A DNA stretch of 64,000 nt from an uncultured delta proteobacterium (GTDB lineage Bacteria > Desulfobacterota > Binatia > UBA9968), in the NCBI GenBank assembly GCA_963745035.1, contig CAVUVW010000014.1, forward strand, positions 64,001 through 128,000, read 5' to 3'. Made by a program: the position numbers and the translations under genes. Below the pieces are notes generated by a model. The model was given only the letters and a program-made list of their open reading frames with translations, ran no database searches and was not told the DNA's origin. Shown here piece after piece: positions 10,346-22,187 of the stretch. Positions within the stretch are counted from its first letter, which is position 1. Each line of letters opens with the position of its first letter.

Positions 10346-11923
10346 GACGGAAGGGAGGAACGTCATGTTCAACGACGATCCGAAAGAGTATCTGATCTCA
10401 TTCAAAGACTTCTTGCTTGCGCAGCAAGCTGAAAACGGAGATCCCGCTGCTGCCGCGCTCATCGCAGAGATTGAGCGAGAGCTTTTGAAGCGCGTCTGAG
10501 CCCTAGCTGTAAACAATCGGGAGGTCGGTCATTTGGAAGACTTTATAGTCTTCGCAGTGGACTCGATCTTTTTGCCGCGCCTCGTTAAACTTTTTGGCAA
10601 CTGACCGTCCTCATCTTTCTTTTTTTCTGTGAACCAACCGGTAACCGGACTTTCTCTTCGCTGTATTCTCTAAACCGGACGGGAATTCGCTAGGTTGACG
10701 ACCAGAGTTTTCTTTCGTCGCCTTTTTCGTGCTTTTTCCTTTTGTTTTCCCGTCTTGCTTGTCGACGTACGGCAGCAGCGAAATTGGGTGGCTGAAACAC
10801 GGATTGAACCATCCCCAAGCCGCATTGAGGAGAGAAGCCGAAATTCAAATCTGCTGCCGCTGGATGAGCAGGCGTCAACAAAACCGTACCCGAATGAAAC
10901 TTCCCAGAAGACTTTTCAACATGCATTGGGGTAATCCTTACGCCGGATGAGTGGAAATTTTTGGCTGAGTCGGCCCGGTGTTTTGGTAGCACGTCGCCAG
11001 TTAATGACCATCTGAGGCCATTTTCTGCGAGGCATATGTTTCGCTTTCCTGTTCTCCAAAAGCGCCGAGGAGGAAAATTTTTTGAACGCCGAAATCAGTC
11101 TGATCACCCACAAGCTAAAGGAACGAATTGTTTGTTTCCTTGGGGCCAACCATGCAAGAACGGGAACGAATGAGCCAGTCTCTTGGAGAGGAATCTGGAT
11201 TGAGTTCGGGGTGGATGAAAATGAATTCTGCGCAGCCTTGAATGCCGCCGCACAAGAAGACCCTCCAGCCATCGTTTTCACCGATTCCGATCACATCAAA
11301 CTAAACTTAAAGGTAGGATCCGGGGCCAAAGTCACACGGAGAGGTACCCCGACCCTTGAAACCAATGATTCCGTAGCGTTAACGAGACGAATCTTCGGCT
11401 TCTTCGGCAGATTCAGTTATCGACAACCGCGGCAGGGCGAACGTCATCTCGGAAGCATACCATCCAACAGCTAGGCTTAGTTTTATTATTAATGACGCGA
11501 CGCGCGCCATAAGTGACCAGCATTGGTCGTTAACTGAATGAATCCAAGCGCCTGGAGGCGGCTTTGGGTGGCTCAATTTACCGATTCAAACCGATTCGAG
11601 CATGGTTCTGGTAAAGTTGTGACAAAGTAGATTTGCAATGCTCCGGTTCTTTGCGGGTTTGCGTCCAATCAGAGCGTGGGAGAGCGAAATGGCTTACTCC
11701 AACGCTGGCGCCCCGAGAAGTGGCCCTCGGGAAAATGCAGACGAACTGCTTGACGATGTCCGAACCGACCACGCCGCCTGAAGAGCGCCCTGATGAATGT
11801 TCCCGCCCAATACCTCTTTCTGGTTTCCACAACTTGGTCGACGTCGAGCCCGATGCGGACAGCCCACTCGCGTATCTCTGGAGCTTTTGTCTTTGTACTC
11901 AGGAACAAACCAAATGATAACCT

Positions 11924-12799
11924 TTACTGGGGGGCAGGAATCACAGGGTCGAGTTTCCGCTCACCATACCCAAACCGGGGGTCGAGAGAAAGCATGGCCT
12001 GTTCGACAAAATGGAGTTCCCGCACGCTTAAATATTCCCGGTAACCGCCCACTATTCCACGCCTCACTTTGAACGAATCTGGGTCCCCGGGATCCTGCGG
12101 AAGCAAGATTCCCTTCTGAAATTCGCGGCTAGCCTCCATCTTTTTCATATTGTCAAAGCTGGAAAACCGAAGGCTGTGATTCAACGCTTCCTCATTAATT
12201 GCATCGAATCCGAAGAATTTCAGCAAAGCCTCAAAAGCGGCGCGCGTGTCCTGCCGGCAGTTTTCGTACCGCAGCAGCATAAAATTGTTTTTCTCCCCCC
12301 ACTCCCGGATCCAGGTGTTCATGACATGAATCACGGACACGATCCCGAACCGAGGGTCATAGATGAGATCTGACAGCGTCCCATTGAACTGCCGGTCACG
12401 CTTGCTCAACTGAAAGAACAACGATACCAAAATGTCGCGCGGGTCACGGGAGAGCAGCAGAATGGGTTTGCAATCGACTGCCTGGCGCGGGACTAGGTGC
12501 TTTCCGCGAATCGCGTCTATCAAGTTTGCTGTACTACGATGCTTCCACAGGTCGTGTGTGAAAACGAAATCAGGCAAACCGCTTGCGATGATTTCGTCTT
12601 CGTCTAACGTAAACGGGTGATGCTGAAGCGCGCAACAATAAGCGTGCAGAAACACTCTCAGCCAAGTGCGCCCGCTCTTCGGGATGGACACGATGATACC
12701 TCGCGCCGTCCCATAGCGACGTCTCCTCGAACTAAAGTTGCGTCTTTTGACTTTCATCAGTTTCCATGCGGCGCAAGGCACTTCTTTTCTCCGATCCAC
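11924..12799 (-). CDS. Sulfotransferase domain protein
   Basis: PKSGRTW (5'-PSB), RDPRDILVS (3'-PB), KVRRGIVGGY. Confidence 0.9.
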   Translation of the reverse strand: MDRRKEVPCAAWKLMKVKRRNFSSRRRRYGTARGIIVSIPKSGRTWLRVFLHAYCCALQHHPFTLDEDEIIASGLPDFVFTHDLWKHRSTANLIDAIRGKHLVPRQAVDCKPILLLSRDPRDILVSLFFQLSKRDRQFNGTLSDLIYDPRFGIVSVIHVMNTWIREWGEKNNFMLLRYENCRQDTRAAFEALLKFFGFDAINEEALNHSLRFSSFDNMKKMEASREFQKGILLPQDPGDPDSFKVRRGIVGGYREYLSVRELHFVEQAMLSLDPRFGYGERKLDPVIPAPQ

Positions 12800-13084
12800 T
12801 TTCCTACATGATCAATTGCGGCGTCGCTTCCGCCCGATGATAGGAACAGAGAAGTTCACCGCGCGCGTCATCTTTTAGTTTCAGGGCGCCCCGATTTAAT
12901 CGAACGTCGGCGTAGCCTCCGCGGAACGGTCTTGAGATCTTCCTGGCGCACAACTCGCGCCGTCTCTGGATCAATCTAAGCGGGCTTTCAGGCATGTTCC
13001 GCAATTTCCTGTCGATTTTGATAATTTACCGTGTCATCAAACAGACGACACGAGGAGTTTAGGTTCTCGCGCTGTGTGTAAAGG

Positions 13085-13355
13085 CTAGTGAAAACTGTCA
13101 AAGAATCCCGCATCGATTTCGTAGATCGTGCGTGGCTTCAAACCCAATTCAAGTTGTTCAAGCATTAGAATAAGTTTTTCGCCATCGACGAGTTCAATAG
13201 GAGGAACGCCATCCCGAATCGGACAAGCCCAGCTTTTGTGCAATGACCGACCTGACCTCGTCTGGTCGGCCAGATCCACCCAGCTGATGGAGCCCTTCGA
13301 GCACAGGGCCAAAATATCTTACAAATTGTGGCGCTCCGGAAACCGACTTTGCCAT
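13085..13355 (-). pseudogene. mrr: Mrr-family restriction endonuclease remnant with large internal deletion
   Basis: N-term FGPVLEGLHQLGGSGRPDEV joined directly to C-term PPIELVDGEKLILMLEQLELG. Confidence 0.75.
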
Positions 13356-13533
13356 CGTACGGATATAGCCCAGATGTATAACGATCTGCAAATCTGGGAA
13401 CCTCCATACTATTTAAGCTCCCATCCAGTAGAGTTCACCGCGCGGTTCCGGTCAATCAGCTTCGAACTAGACCGACATGAGGACTTGATTCTAAGTTGGT
13501 AAAATAAATTCGTCGGCCGTTGCACCGACGACT

Positions 13534-13641
13534 GGCTCCGACGTCCGGCCCAGGGACAATCAACCCGTTCCTGATCACCCGCCCGCCGGGAGAACGGCTC
13601 TTTGCCTCGCAATGTCAGTAGCACCGGCAGCGGCGGTCCAG
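13534..13641 (+). repeat. Fragment family Y, copy 2
   Basis: Aligns by eye to 3910-4040. Confidence 0.85.
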
Positions 13642-13742
13642 GGCGTGATTACAAAACGGAGCTTCGTTACAGCTAGCTCCCAAAAGCCAAACCGACTAAC
13701 GCTGTTGTCATGTGCTATACCGTGAAATGACCCGGCTCGCAT

Positions 13743-14288
13743 ATGAACCGTCTGCTTTCCCGAACGTGCCAGATTGTCGCAATGCTCGTGATCCTTACGT
13801 TGATCGGGAGCTACTTTTACCTCAGGTTCATTGGGCGGAGCCATCCAATTGCCAAGTTGATCGGTGCTTATAACTACCATATCGCTACACTCGGGGACTA
13901 TGTTCGATACAAGCGAGATCCAAACCGCTTTTATAATGCATACTCTGCGGCAGGCCTCAGCTTTGATTGCGAGCGAATTCGAGATGATTTCGTGAAGCTG
14001 ACTCAATCGATCATATCGCCAGAGCTATCGATATCAACAGAAACAATGGTCTGGCGCGAAGGCAGAGCCCTTCATCTTGCCGATTCCAGCGTCGCTGACG
14101 ATGAAACGTTCGCCGCGTGGAAGAACCAAGTAGTCAATCTAGCTATGATGCAGCATCCACGTGAGGCGAGCCACTACGGAACTCTACTCCAAGCTCTGTT
14201 CACATCTGTCACGATAAACGGAAGTAAGCCGGGTGAAGAGTTTAGCGTTAAAACCAAAAGAAGCAGTAAGTTTGATGCATGCGAGTGA
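13743..14288 (+). CDS. Hypothetical membrane-anchored protein between Y copies 2 and 3
   Basis: 181-aa ORF with N-terminal hydrophobic segment. Confidence 0.6.
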   Translation: MNRLLSRTCQIVAMLVILTLIGSYFYLRFIGRSHPIAKLIGAYNYHIATLGDYVRYKRDPNRFYNAYSAAGLSFDCERIRDDFVKLTQSIISPELSISTETMVWREGRALHLADSSVADDETFAAWKNQVVNLAMMQHPREASHYGTLLQALFTSVTINGSKPGEEFSVKTKRSSKFDACE

Positions 14289-14376
14289 GTCATTTAAGGT
14301 GGACAGTCTGCCGCCGTCGCATTGGCCTGCCAGATTGAGCGGTGAGCTGTGCGTCGAAACCGGAGAAGCCGGGTCC

Positions 14377-14508
14377 GGTTCCGACGACCAGCTAGAGGGA
14401 CAATCAACCCATTCCTTATGATCCGCCACACCGGGGAGAACGGCTCTTTGCCCACAATGTCAGTAGCACCGGCAGCGGCCCAGACCCATGCTGAGTTTAG
14501 TGCGTGGG
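14377..14508 (+). repeat. Fragment family Y, copy 3
   Basis: Aligns by eye to 3910-4040. Confidence 0.85.
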
Positions 14509-14859
14509 ACCAGGCCCTACGGGAATACGCGGACTTCTCTTTGCTATCGTTCTGGCGGAACTTTTGATGGAACGGGCGGAGTTGGTCTGAAAATCGCACC
14601 CGCCCAACATATATAACCCGAGAAGGACGACCTTGAGCGTTAGAGGAATGGGCTGTTATCTCCAGCCCTATTTAGATAAACGTGTTCGTCCTCAGTATCA
14701 GTGATTGCAAGATAGAGGATCACCACGCCCAAAAGAGCCAGAATAACTAAACCGATGACAACGGCATAAAACATTAAACGCTATTTTAACCCAAGCCGGC
14801 GGAAATATCGAGCTTTATTTCACAGGCAAAAGATTGCTGTCTCCGCTATCCTGTGTCCC

Positions 14860-15085
14860 ATGGCAGGCATACGGGGCAAGAGCGGCCTCCCAGGCAACCA
14901 GAACGCGTTTAGGTCGCACAGCGCCGGGTGAACGGCGCTTTTACGCCCAGCAGAGCAGTCCATCCGCGATGAAATCCTAAGCCCGGGCTGATTACAGACA
15001 AGGGCGGTGAGGCACAGATCAGCACAGCTATGCGCGTGCTTGCCGAGGTGATCGCCTCGGACAGCTTGGCTGGTCGCGGCGAACC
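14860..15085 (+). pseudogene. Decayed copy of element gene X
   Basis: MAGIRGKSG..GNQNAF and GLITDKGGEAQISTAMRVLAEVIASD in broken frames. Confidence 0.7.
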
Positions 15086-15681
15086 TCCGATCGACGTAGG
15101 CCCCCGGCTGCCGATCTTCCAGAGCTTTACTCAAATAGATTGAAAGCGGTGATCACCAGCACAAAAAGAGGGAGTACAATCCCAGCGATGAAGTAAACAG
15201 CAGATGACATTCGCTCATTTTATTCGCACCGAAGCTGAGAGTCTAGTTTTTTCTCACCTGTGAGATGACGACGGAACCGAAACGCTTCACAAGAATCATC
15301 GAGAACATGCCCGAACAGGATGTAAGCTAAGACTTCTTTAAACGAAAACTGCTCATAGCGTTGTCCCATCGCAACACCTTATCCGGAAAGTGTTGCACTT
15401 CGTCTGTCAATGTAGGGATTGCGGGGCCTGAGAAAGGTCGGGCGTTGCCGAGAGAAAGCAGTTGCTCAATGCGGCCGATCTTCGCAGAAATAGAGGCGAA
15501 GCTGAAGCAAGGAGTCCAGGCTCAACGGATATGCAACCGAGCTGTGAGCGACCTTTAGTGTATCCGATTTGATCGAGCAACAGTCGTAGTTAGCTACATC
15601 CGGCCCATGTGTGGGATCTTGCAAGGGCTGGGTCGGAGCTGCCAAAGATCCGCGATGGGGTGTGCAACCTAAATTACCCTC

Positions 15682-16288
15682 TCAATTCACGCATTGAGCA
15701 AACCCACAATTGAGGCGTTCGAGATTTCTCGCTGCTTTCTCAAGAGCGTTCACCTGCTTAATCAGATTATTGCTACCTTCATATTGCTCTTTTGCCTTTA
15801 TATGAAGGTAGACTCCGTCACCGAGAGCACGCTTGGCCGCTGCGGTCGCCGCCTTCATACTGTCCCGTGCGATCTTTGCCTCACGGGATGCTCCTGCCGA
15901 TGTATACGCCGCCGCTGCTTTGTCCCACAATTGACTAGCCTTCTGATAATTTTTAATTTTCTGCGGCCAAAACTTTATGGTCCCCTGCGAGGTCCAGTAC
16001 GTCGCCGGCATCGAGAGAGTTTGACCTATTGCCATGGGCAACGATCCCGGTCTGAATCTCATGGTTTCTTGCGATCTGTTGGCGAATTTTGGCGATCTCC
16101 TCCCATTGCTCGGCCGTTTGCATGGAGTTCAATACCGAAGTTGCGATAGATTCTTTCGTAAAAACGGAAGACAAAAATATCGCAGCAATAACGGCAATTA
16201 GTTTCAAGGCATGCGTTTTAGTGACTGACCACGAAATTAGGATAGATTTGGAGCTGCCGAGCGTCATGACACTTAAATCCTTTCGCAA
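15682..16288 (-). CDS. Hypothetical exported helical protein, frameshifted
   Basis: Two overlapping ORFs; hydrophobic leader then Ala/Lys-rich helices. Confidence 0.5.
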
Positions 16289-16905
16289 TGTGTTGCCCTC
16301 CTCGCTGCATGTGTTTTCAAGAACAGGTACGCGATGGCGGTGAATACCATGGCGAACACATAGTAACTCGCAACAAACTTCACCTACCGTTGTAGAGGGC
16401 TATAAGTCGGGCAACCGAGGCAGTGCTCGACCATTCGAACCGGGGTTTCATGCCGAGCGGAGCGGCAATGAATACTTTCCGGCGCTGATCTAAATAAAAT
16501 AGGCAATCGCGTGTCTGTGTTCGGTTCTTGGAATAAAGATAGGCAGCAAGAAAAAGACCAGAAACAACTGACAAACTTCTTGGTATTATCGGGGAAGATA
16601 AACCGGGACAGAAGACTCAGATGTGATCTAGTTCATCTAGTTCAACAAAATTGATCGGCAAAACTATTAAGGTGGGACAGGTACATTTTTCTTCTTAGTT
16701 AAATATTGCACACAACCGATACTCGGGCCGTGAAACGCAGATAGAATCGGCGATTCACAGGCAAAATAGTGGTGTCTCCGGTATCCTGTGCTCATGGCAG
16801 GCATACGCGGCAAGAGCGGCCCATCAGGCAACCAGAACGCCTTCGACATGGTTTGGCGGGCATTGCACAACTACGGGTAAACGGCGCGCTGACACCGGCG
16901 ATTAA

Positions 16906-17217
16906 TCAGCCGTATTTCTTGACTGCTTGCTCGATTGCGCCTCCAGCCTTAGCAAGGTCGTCAGGTACCATCACGGGGTGAATCTCAATCCTCGCATTGA
17001 AAGCGAGGAGCCACGGCTCCACGATTGCGGGAATCAGGGAAGCGTCCTGCATCTCAAGAAAGAGAAACGCCGTCCGTTGACCATTGTCGTCCGTAAAATA
17101 TACGGCCTCGGGCTTCAAATCCGCCAATATGGATTGGATAGTCGTGCCGAGCTTTCCCGCTTTCGCAGCCGCATTTCCGGCTTCGACAGGAATGTTCACC
17201 TTGACTAGAAATCGCAT
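16906..17217 (-). CDS. Small conserved protein (DUF3303/GYD-like), copy 2
   Basis: Protein identical to 6514-6825. Confidence 0.75.
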   Translation of the reverse strand: MRFLVKVNIPVEAGNAAAKAGKLGTTIQSILADLKPEAVYFTDDNGQRTAFLFLEMQDASLIPAIVEPWLLAFNARIEIHPVMVPDDLAKAGGAIEQAVKKYG

Positions 17218-17269
17218 AGATCACCTCCGCATTATTTGATTGCTTTTCCCAAGATATCCCTTTCATGAG

Positions 17270-17497
17270 TTAGGTGGTCTCCGCCGTTGGATCAGGCTTG
17301 CTGCCAGACTTTCTTTCATCTCCGGTATGCATCACCGGTCTTTTTAACAGGACAGTATCGCTCTGCGCAGCGTACGCCACGGCTTCCCATCCCTCGCGCC
17401 CGAAACCGTTCAGAATATCTTCGTGCTTTTCTCGTTGATGCGGTTCTGTCGCATCCACAAGCAATCCGAGCGCGACCAGCTTGTATTCCCATTGCAT
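17270..17497 (-). CDS. DUF4177-like small protein, copy 2
   Basis: Identical to 6878-7105. Confidence 0.75.
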   Translation of the reverse strand: MQWEYKLVALGLLVDATEPHQREKHEDILNGFGREGWEAVAYAAQSDTVLLKRPVMHTGDERKSGSKPDPTAETT

Positions 17498-17696
17498 AAA
17501 AATGTCCGCCATTCTGAAAAGTTGTGTGACTTTGCTACAATCGAAATGCGGTCCCTGATGAAAAAGGATATCAGAGACCCCAGAGCATTGTAGATGGTCG
17601 GAAAAAAAGAACACAGTGGATCCCAATACCATTGCCTTCCGGCATAGTCTTTCGGCAATCGAGCGCCGCCGCACAGAGGGTGAGCTAACCCATGAT

Positions 17697-17910
17697 GGCG
17701 AAGTTCTCCAAGGTTGTGAGCTGGAGCACACAACTCCGGAAGCGTGGGGCCAAAGAAAGTTATGAGATAGCAACGAAGATCGATCGCTATGAGAACCACA
17801 GCCTACGAGGCACACCAAAGGGAGCGGCGCGGGATTGCCGGGAAGTCAGAGATGCGAATTTCCTTTCCCGCGGCTATCCGCAAAGAGCGAAGCTAATTGC
17901 GGAGCGGAGA
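17697..17910 (+). repeat. Fragment family W, copy 1 (others 18310-18381, 26920-27140)
   Basis: Shared RDANFL.RGYP.RAKLIAERR coding block. Confidence 0.8.
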
Positions 17911-18223
17911 ATATATCTTGCTGCCGTCCGGTTAGCCGACACATTAATGCGGAGCTATTTGCGCTGAGCTTCGAAAGTGTGTAACGGAATCGCCCTAGCA
18001 AGGTGAATTCATTGTCATCGAACAGAAAGACCGGCACCTGAGTCATTGGCTCCAAAATCCCCAATGCCTCACTCTCTAATGCCTGGCGCTGTTTCAAAAT
18101 ATGAGGCCGTGCGTTCTCTAAGTCCTCTTCACTCATCGAGCTGATGTGCTGAATTAGCATTTCGAGCGTCCGCGCCTCATGCTCTAACTGCGCCAGTTTT
18201 TGGATGTCTGCCTCGATGCTCAT
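17846..18223 (-). CDS. Hypothetical coiled-coil protein between W copies 1 and 2
   Basis: GAGGGGG RBS; helical N-term; 3' end runs into W copy 1. Confidence 0.5.
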   Translation of the reverse strand: MSIEADIQKLAQLEHEARTLEMLIQHISSMSEEDLENARPHILKQRQALESEALGILEPMTQVPVFLFDDNEFTLLGRFRYTLSKLSANSSALMCRLTGRQQDIFSAPQLASLFADSRGKGNSHL

Positions 18224-18734
18224 GTTGCCCCCTCATGACACACTTTCAGGATAAGGCAAAAGTTGGGAAAGTGAAGGGCTATCGACAACTAACTAGCGGG
18301 AGTCACCCACTCGGCACGTACACCAATGGGCAGCGGCGGATACCCGCAAAGGACGAAGCTAATGCGGAGCGGCGGGTCTAGGTTTCAGGGTTTCGATTAG
18401 CAGCGACTCTAGGAACTTTATTCGGCAAGTAAAGAAGCAGGGCCGGGTGCTTAATTTGACGGTCTTTTACCGCTGGATCCTGTACAGCTTAGTCTTGTCG
18501 CTCATCCTCTGGTCGGGTTTTATTTTTTATAAGCTTTGCTGAAATCCAACTGAATTCATTGTCGGATGAGCGCATTTGGGCGATTGCTTTCAGCGCTGAA
18601 GGGTTGTTCACGTGGTATATTTTCACCTCGCTAATTATATTCTCAATCTTTGTCACCGTGGGTCTTATACGTCGACGTTAAGCCTCCGTGGCTGACTTCC
18701 AGGACGTTAGGAAAGAGAAGGAGGGCGCACGCGC

Positions 18735-18862
18735 GGAGCAGGTGCCACGCATTCTCGTACTTGGTCCAGTCGCAGATCACTGGCCCCGTGTACCGTCCAT
18801 CCGGTCGGATGTAAATCCACTCACGGTCTGGCAGGTCTGAGGCGGGTACAACAAAAAACCTT
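18735..18862 (-). pseudogene. Possible C-terminal remnant of a PD-(D/E)XK endonuclease
   Basis: RFFVVP...WTKYENAWHLL ending; short, weak. Confidence 0.3.
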
Positions 18863-19151
18863 CAGCGGCGGCTCAGTGCTGGCGAAGATGAGCACCTTCG
18901 GTGCGTTTCTATTCTTAAGTCCAAATCTGAGTTAGTGCGCTCCTCCTTTCCAGATTTGAGGAGCGCGACTTCGACGAATCGAGCAGAGGTGTCCATTTAC
19001 CAAAACCTTCATTTGAGCCTTTCGGCATAGGTTTGGGGCATGGTTCTCACGCGCAAGGTATGGCTAACCCGAGGCGCCGGACCGCCGATCAAGCTCTGCT
19101 CGGCTGATCATGGGGCAGCCGAACTGGACTAATCCCATCATGTGAAGCGAG

Positions 19152-19948
19152 TCACGCCACTTCGATCCGTAAACTACACGCGGAGAATGAGACGATAGGG
19201 AGCGACCCGTGGCCAATGCCGAAGCTTAGAGCCTTCTTTACATTGCCGGGATCGGTGCACGTCGCGAAAATTCTGTCCCAGACTGTCAGTAAGGAGCCTA
19301 GGTTAGAACGATAATGTGCCGGATCATTGCTGTGATGGACGTGATGATATCGAGGAGTCACAACGAGATATTCCAACCAGTGGGAGTTCCACGATACGTT
19401 CATATGCATCCAGTAGTTGCGCAGGATGTGCTCCAACACACTGAGTTGGAAGAGCCAGAGAGGAGCACCGCTCAATAGCGGCCGCGCGAACACAAACGTG
19501 ACATTGAACAAGAAAATGTGCGGGATTGAAGTGCGAACTCCTACCAACCAGTACATGTAGTTCGGATACTGGTGCCACCTGTGAGTTCGCCAGAAGTGAT
19601 TCGTGTGCATCAGGCGATGAACCCAGTACAGCCCGAAATCCTCGACGATGTAGAACAAAATAAGTTTATACACGAGCGGCAATTTCATCAGACTGCTCGG
19701 CACGTAATTGGGAACCGGAATGCGATCGGAGATCGGCAGCACCAACAAAAAACTGAGGTTGTATACTCCGAGGGCAACCAAATCGCGGAAAAACTGGCTC
19801 GATATGGAACATTTCTCGCAGGAAAAAGGTACTCTGCGGAAAACGTGATCAGCCCCAAACCCCAAAAATCAGATACGGACGCAATTGGGCGCTCAACTTA
19901 TCCTCCAAATCCAAAAACGGAAAGTACATCAATGTTGTAAATCGGCAT
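19152..19948 (-). pseudogene. Sterol desaturase / fatty acid hydroxylase family, disrupted near 5' end
   Basis: His boxes YWVHRLMH, HRWH, HMN, PRYHHVHH; stop and frameshift upstream. Confidence 0.75.
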
Positions 19949-22064
19949 CTCTTCCTAATTTCAGTCGGCTGCCAACACAGGAAATTCACTCGGGAAGCAA
20001 ACGGTACCCCCCGGGACTTAAATGGGGCGGAGTCGTTAGAATCTCGTCAGCTAATGTTCTCTGTTGTGATGAGCTTCGATGAGCGCCGGATGCGCTCATC
20101 CGGGGGGTACGAACTTGATCTTCTAGTATTCGGAGAACTCGGCACACGCTGTAAAACCGTGACGTTGTGCGGTGTCGAAGATCTCATCGCTAATTTCACT
20201 AGGGATCGCGGTCGGACTCCAGCCTTTTAGACGAGCAACCGTCAGATTCTGCAGAAGCGAAAGAGTCGCTTACGGCAAGATAATTCGCCCGCTCTGTGCT
20301 GAGCTAAGTCTTAAACTCCTCGTCGGTGATGATGCCTTTAGCGATCAGAGCGTTGCTAATCGTCAGTCATAGCCAAAGTACTTGCCATGAGCTGTTCGAG
20401 CCTCACTCTGCTGGTTTTTGTTTCCTCAGCCATTGTTGCTCCATTCGGTATTCCCCAGTGAAGCTACCACAGCCACAGAAAGCGATTCTCTCCGCACCGG
20501 CAAGTTTTGGGACGCAGCTGGCCGGTGCGCTGTTTCGGCTAAGTAAGCGGGCGACTCTGCCGGAAGACAGTTTTAACGTTAAAAAGAATGAGCTCCTCAC
20601 ACACGGACCCAACTTCCTCAAAGTGATTTCACCTCTATGTCAAATGCTCGGGCACCCTGATTGCTGTACTAGGTTGCGTCCAGCGAGGTAAGTGATGATG
20701 TACGAAGTTCTAATCTCGACGACCATAGCGATGATCCTACTGCCACTCAATTTCTGGACTGCAGCAGAAGTGGTAGTGTTGGTGGGAATGATCAGTATGC
20801 TTTGGGACCTTCGCGATAATGTTCTCGGCGATTATGAGCTTGGCCCGCGCGTTGCCATTCGCCCCCAGCGTGCGCACCACCAGCTGCTCCTCTAGGCTTG
20901 ACGTTGCTGCTTGACTCTCGTCGGCCATTTAAGAGCGCCCCTGCTGCCATAATGCCTGCCTCACGTTCTATTGTTCAGGTTTGAACGCTATCCAACCGCA
21001 AGCATAAGAACCCGAACGCATTGTTGGACTCGAACGAAATTCTGCCTCCGTCAGCAGTTGCTCAATCCGACTTTCCGGTACAAAGTGAGGCCCGGCATTC
21101 GTTTTTTCATGTTAACTTCCACTTGCTCCCATGTCAGCCCGGCCATGCTCTTATGGTGCCGCCATGCTGCGAGAAGTAACGGTGATTCCGACGTCGTGTT
21201 TATCTACGAGCGCTAACGGGCGGCCCGCCTTAGACGTGTTGAGATTGAACGAAGTAGTTTAACTTACCTCCACCATCGGGAATAAAGTGCAATAGCATTC
21301 CTAACAGTGCCGCATCATAAGACTTATCGATAGGGATGTTCATCTACGTAATCCCCAAAAGTCGGATGCTCGCTGAGTGCGTTTTGCGGCTTGAACCTTG
21401 TTTTGCCACCTCCAGCATGGCTAGAGCGGGGCTCTACGTTCATTGCGGGATGAATAATCTCGTAAAAGGGAAATGTATTTCGGATTCGTTGGGTCAGGTC
21501 AGAACACGGCGGGCGTTAGCGTTGTGCCAGGCTACGTCACTGTGCCGTCAACAGGCACAGACAACATTGTTCAATGACCTTCAATCCGACACGCCGAATG
21601 ACATGAATGCGAGGCATCGACCTTGCTCTCAGGTGAGCCGCTCGCGGGAACTGATGCTCACCGAGCGCTGATGCCAAAAATGATCAAACACGCAGAGTGG
21701 CCTCTTTTTGAAGTAACGTGCGTCCTATGCGGCCACCGCAGTTGTCGTGAATGTCGCGAAGTCTCCACTTCTACACTTGCCTGCTGTCGATGTAGAGAGC
21801 GTGCGATCACAGTCATAGAAACCTTCGCTTCTTTTTTCTCCAAAACCCCTCCGGGAACGACCACGACTGGCCCGGCGTGACATCTTATTCCGGCTTTTCC
21901 CTGTCGTTAACAGCAAATCTGATGTTAAGCAATTTGTCGTACTGAACAAGAGTGTACCTTGTCATGTACCTCGGACCGCGTACGTCGTTTCGTATTGGTG
22001 AAGATTGGGTGGAACTGTCGTTAGGCGTGCATCATCTGCAACGATCACGGTTTCTTTTTTGTGC

Positions 22065-22080
22065 TGGCATCTATTCTGCA
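22065..22080 (+). promoter_or_regulatory. Candidate sigma-54 -24/-12 promoter
   Basis: TGGCATCTATTCTGCA upstream of ORF 22188. Confidence 0.45.
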
Positions 22081-22187
22081 CCTTCCTATTTGAAGGTGCC
22101 TCGCCTCGGTATACTTCCGAGCCTTGCAGCCGCTGAAGCGTGATTTGCTCGGTAGATAAACTCAAGCTTCGGCAATAGGAGGGACAT

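Larger units (their letters stand above)
16759..17695 (+). repeat. ~937-bp duplication, copy 2
   Basis: Matches 6367-7303. Confidence 0.95.

Noticed and set aside
3910-14508. Repeat Y as a structured ncRNA or ribozyme
   Set aside because: Differences between copies include synonymous changes in a + frame (NxSSTGSGP), which fits a decayed coding fragment; no ribozyme core recognised
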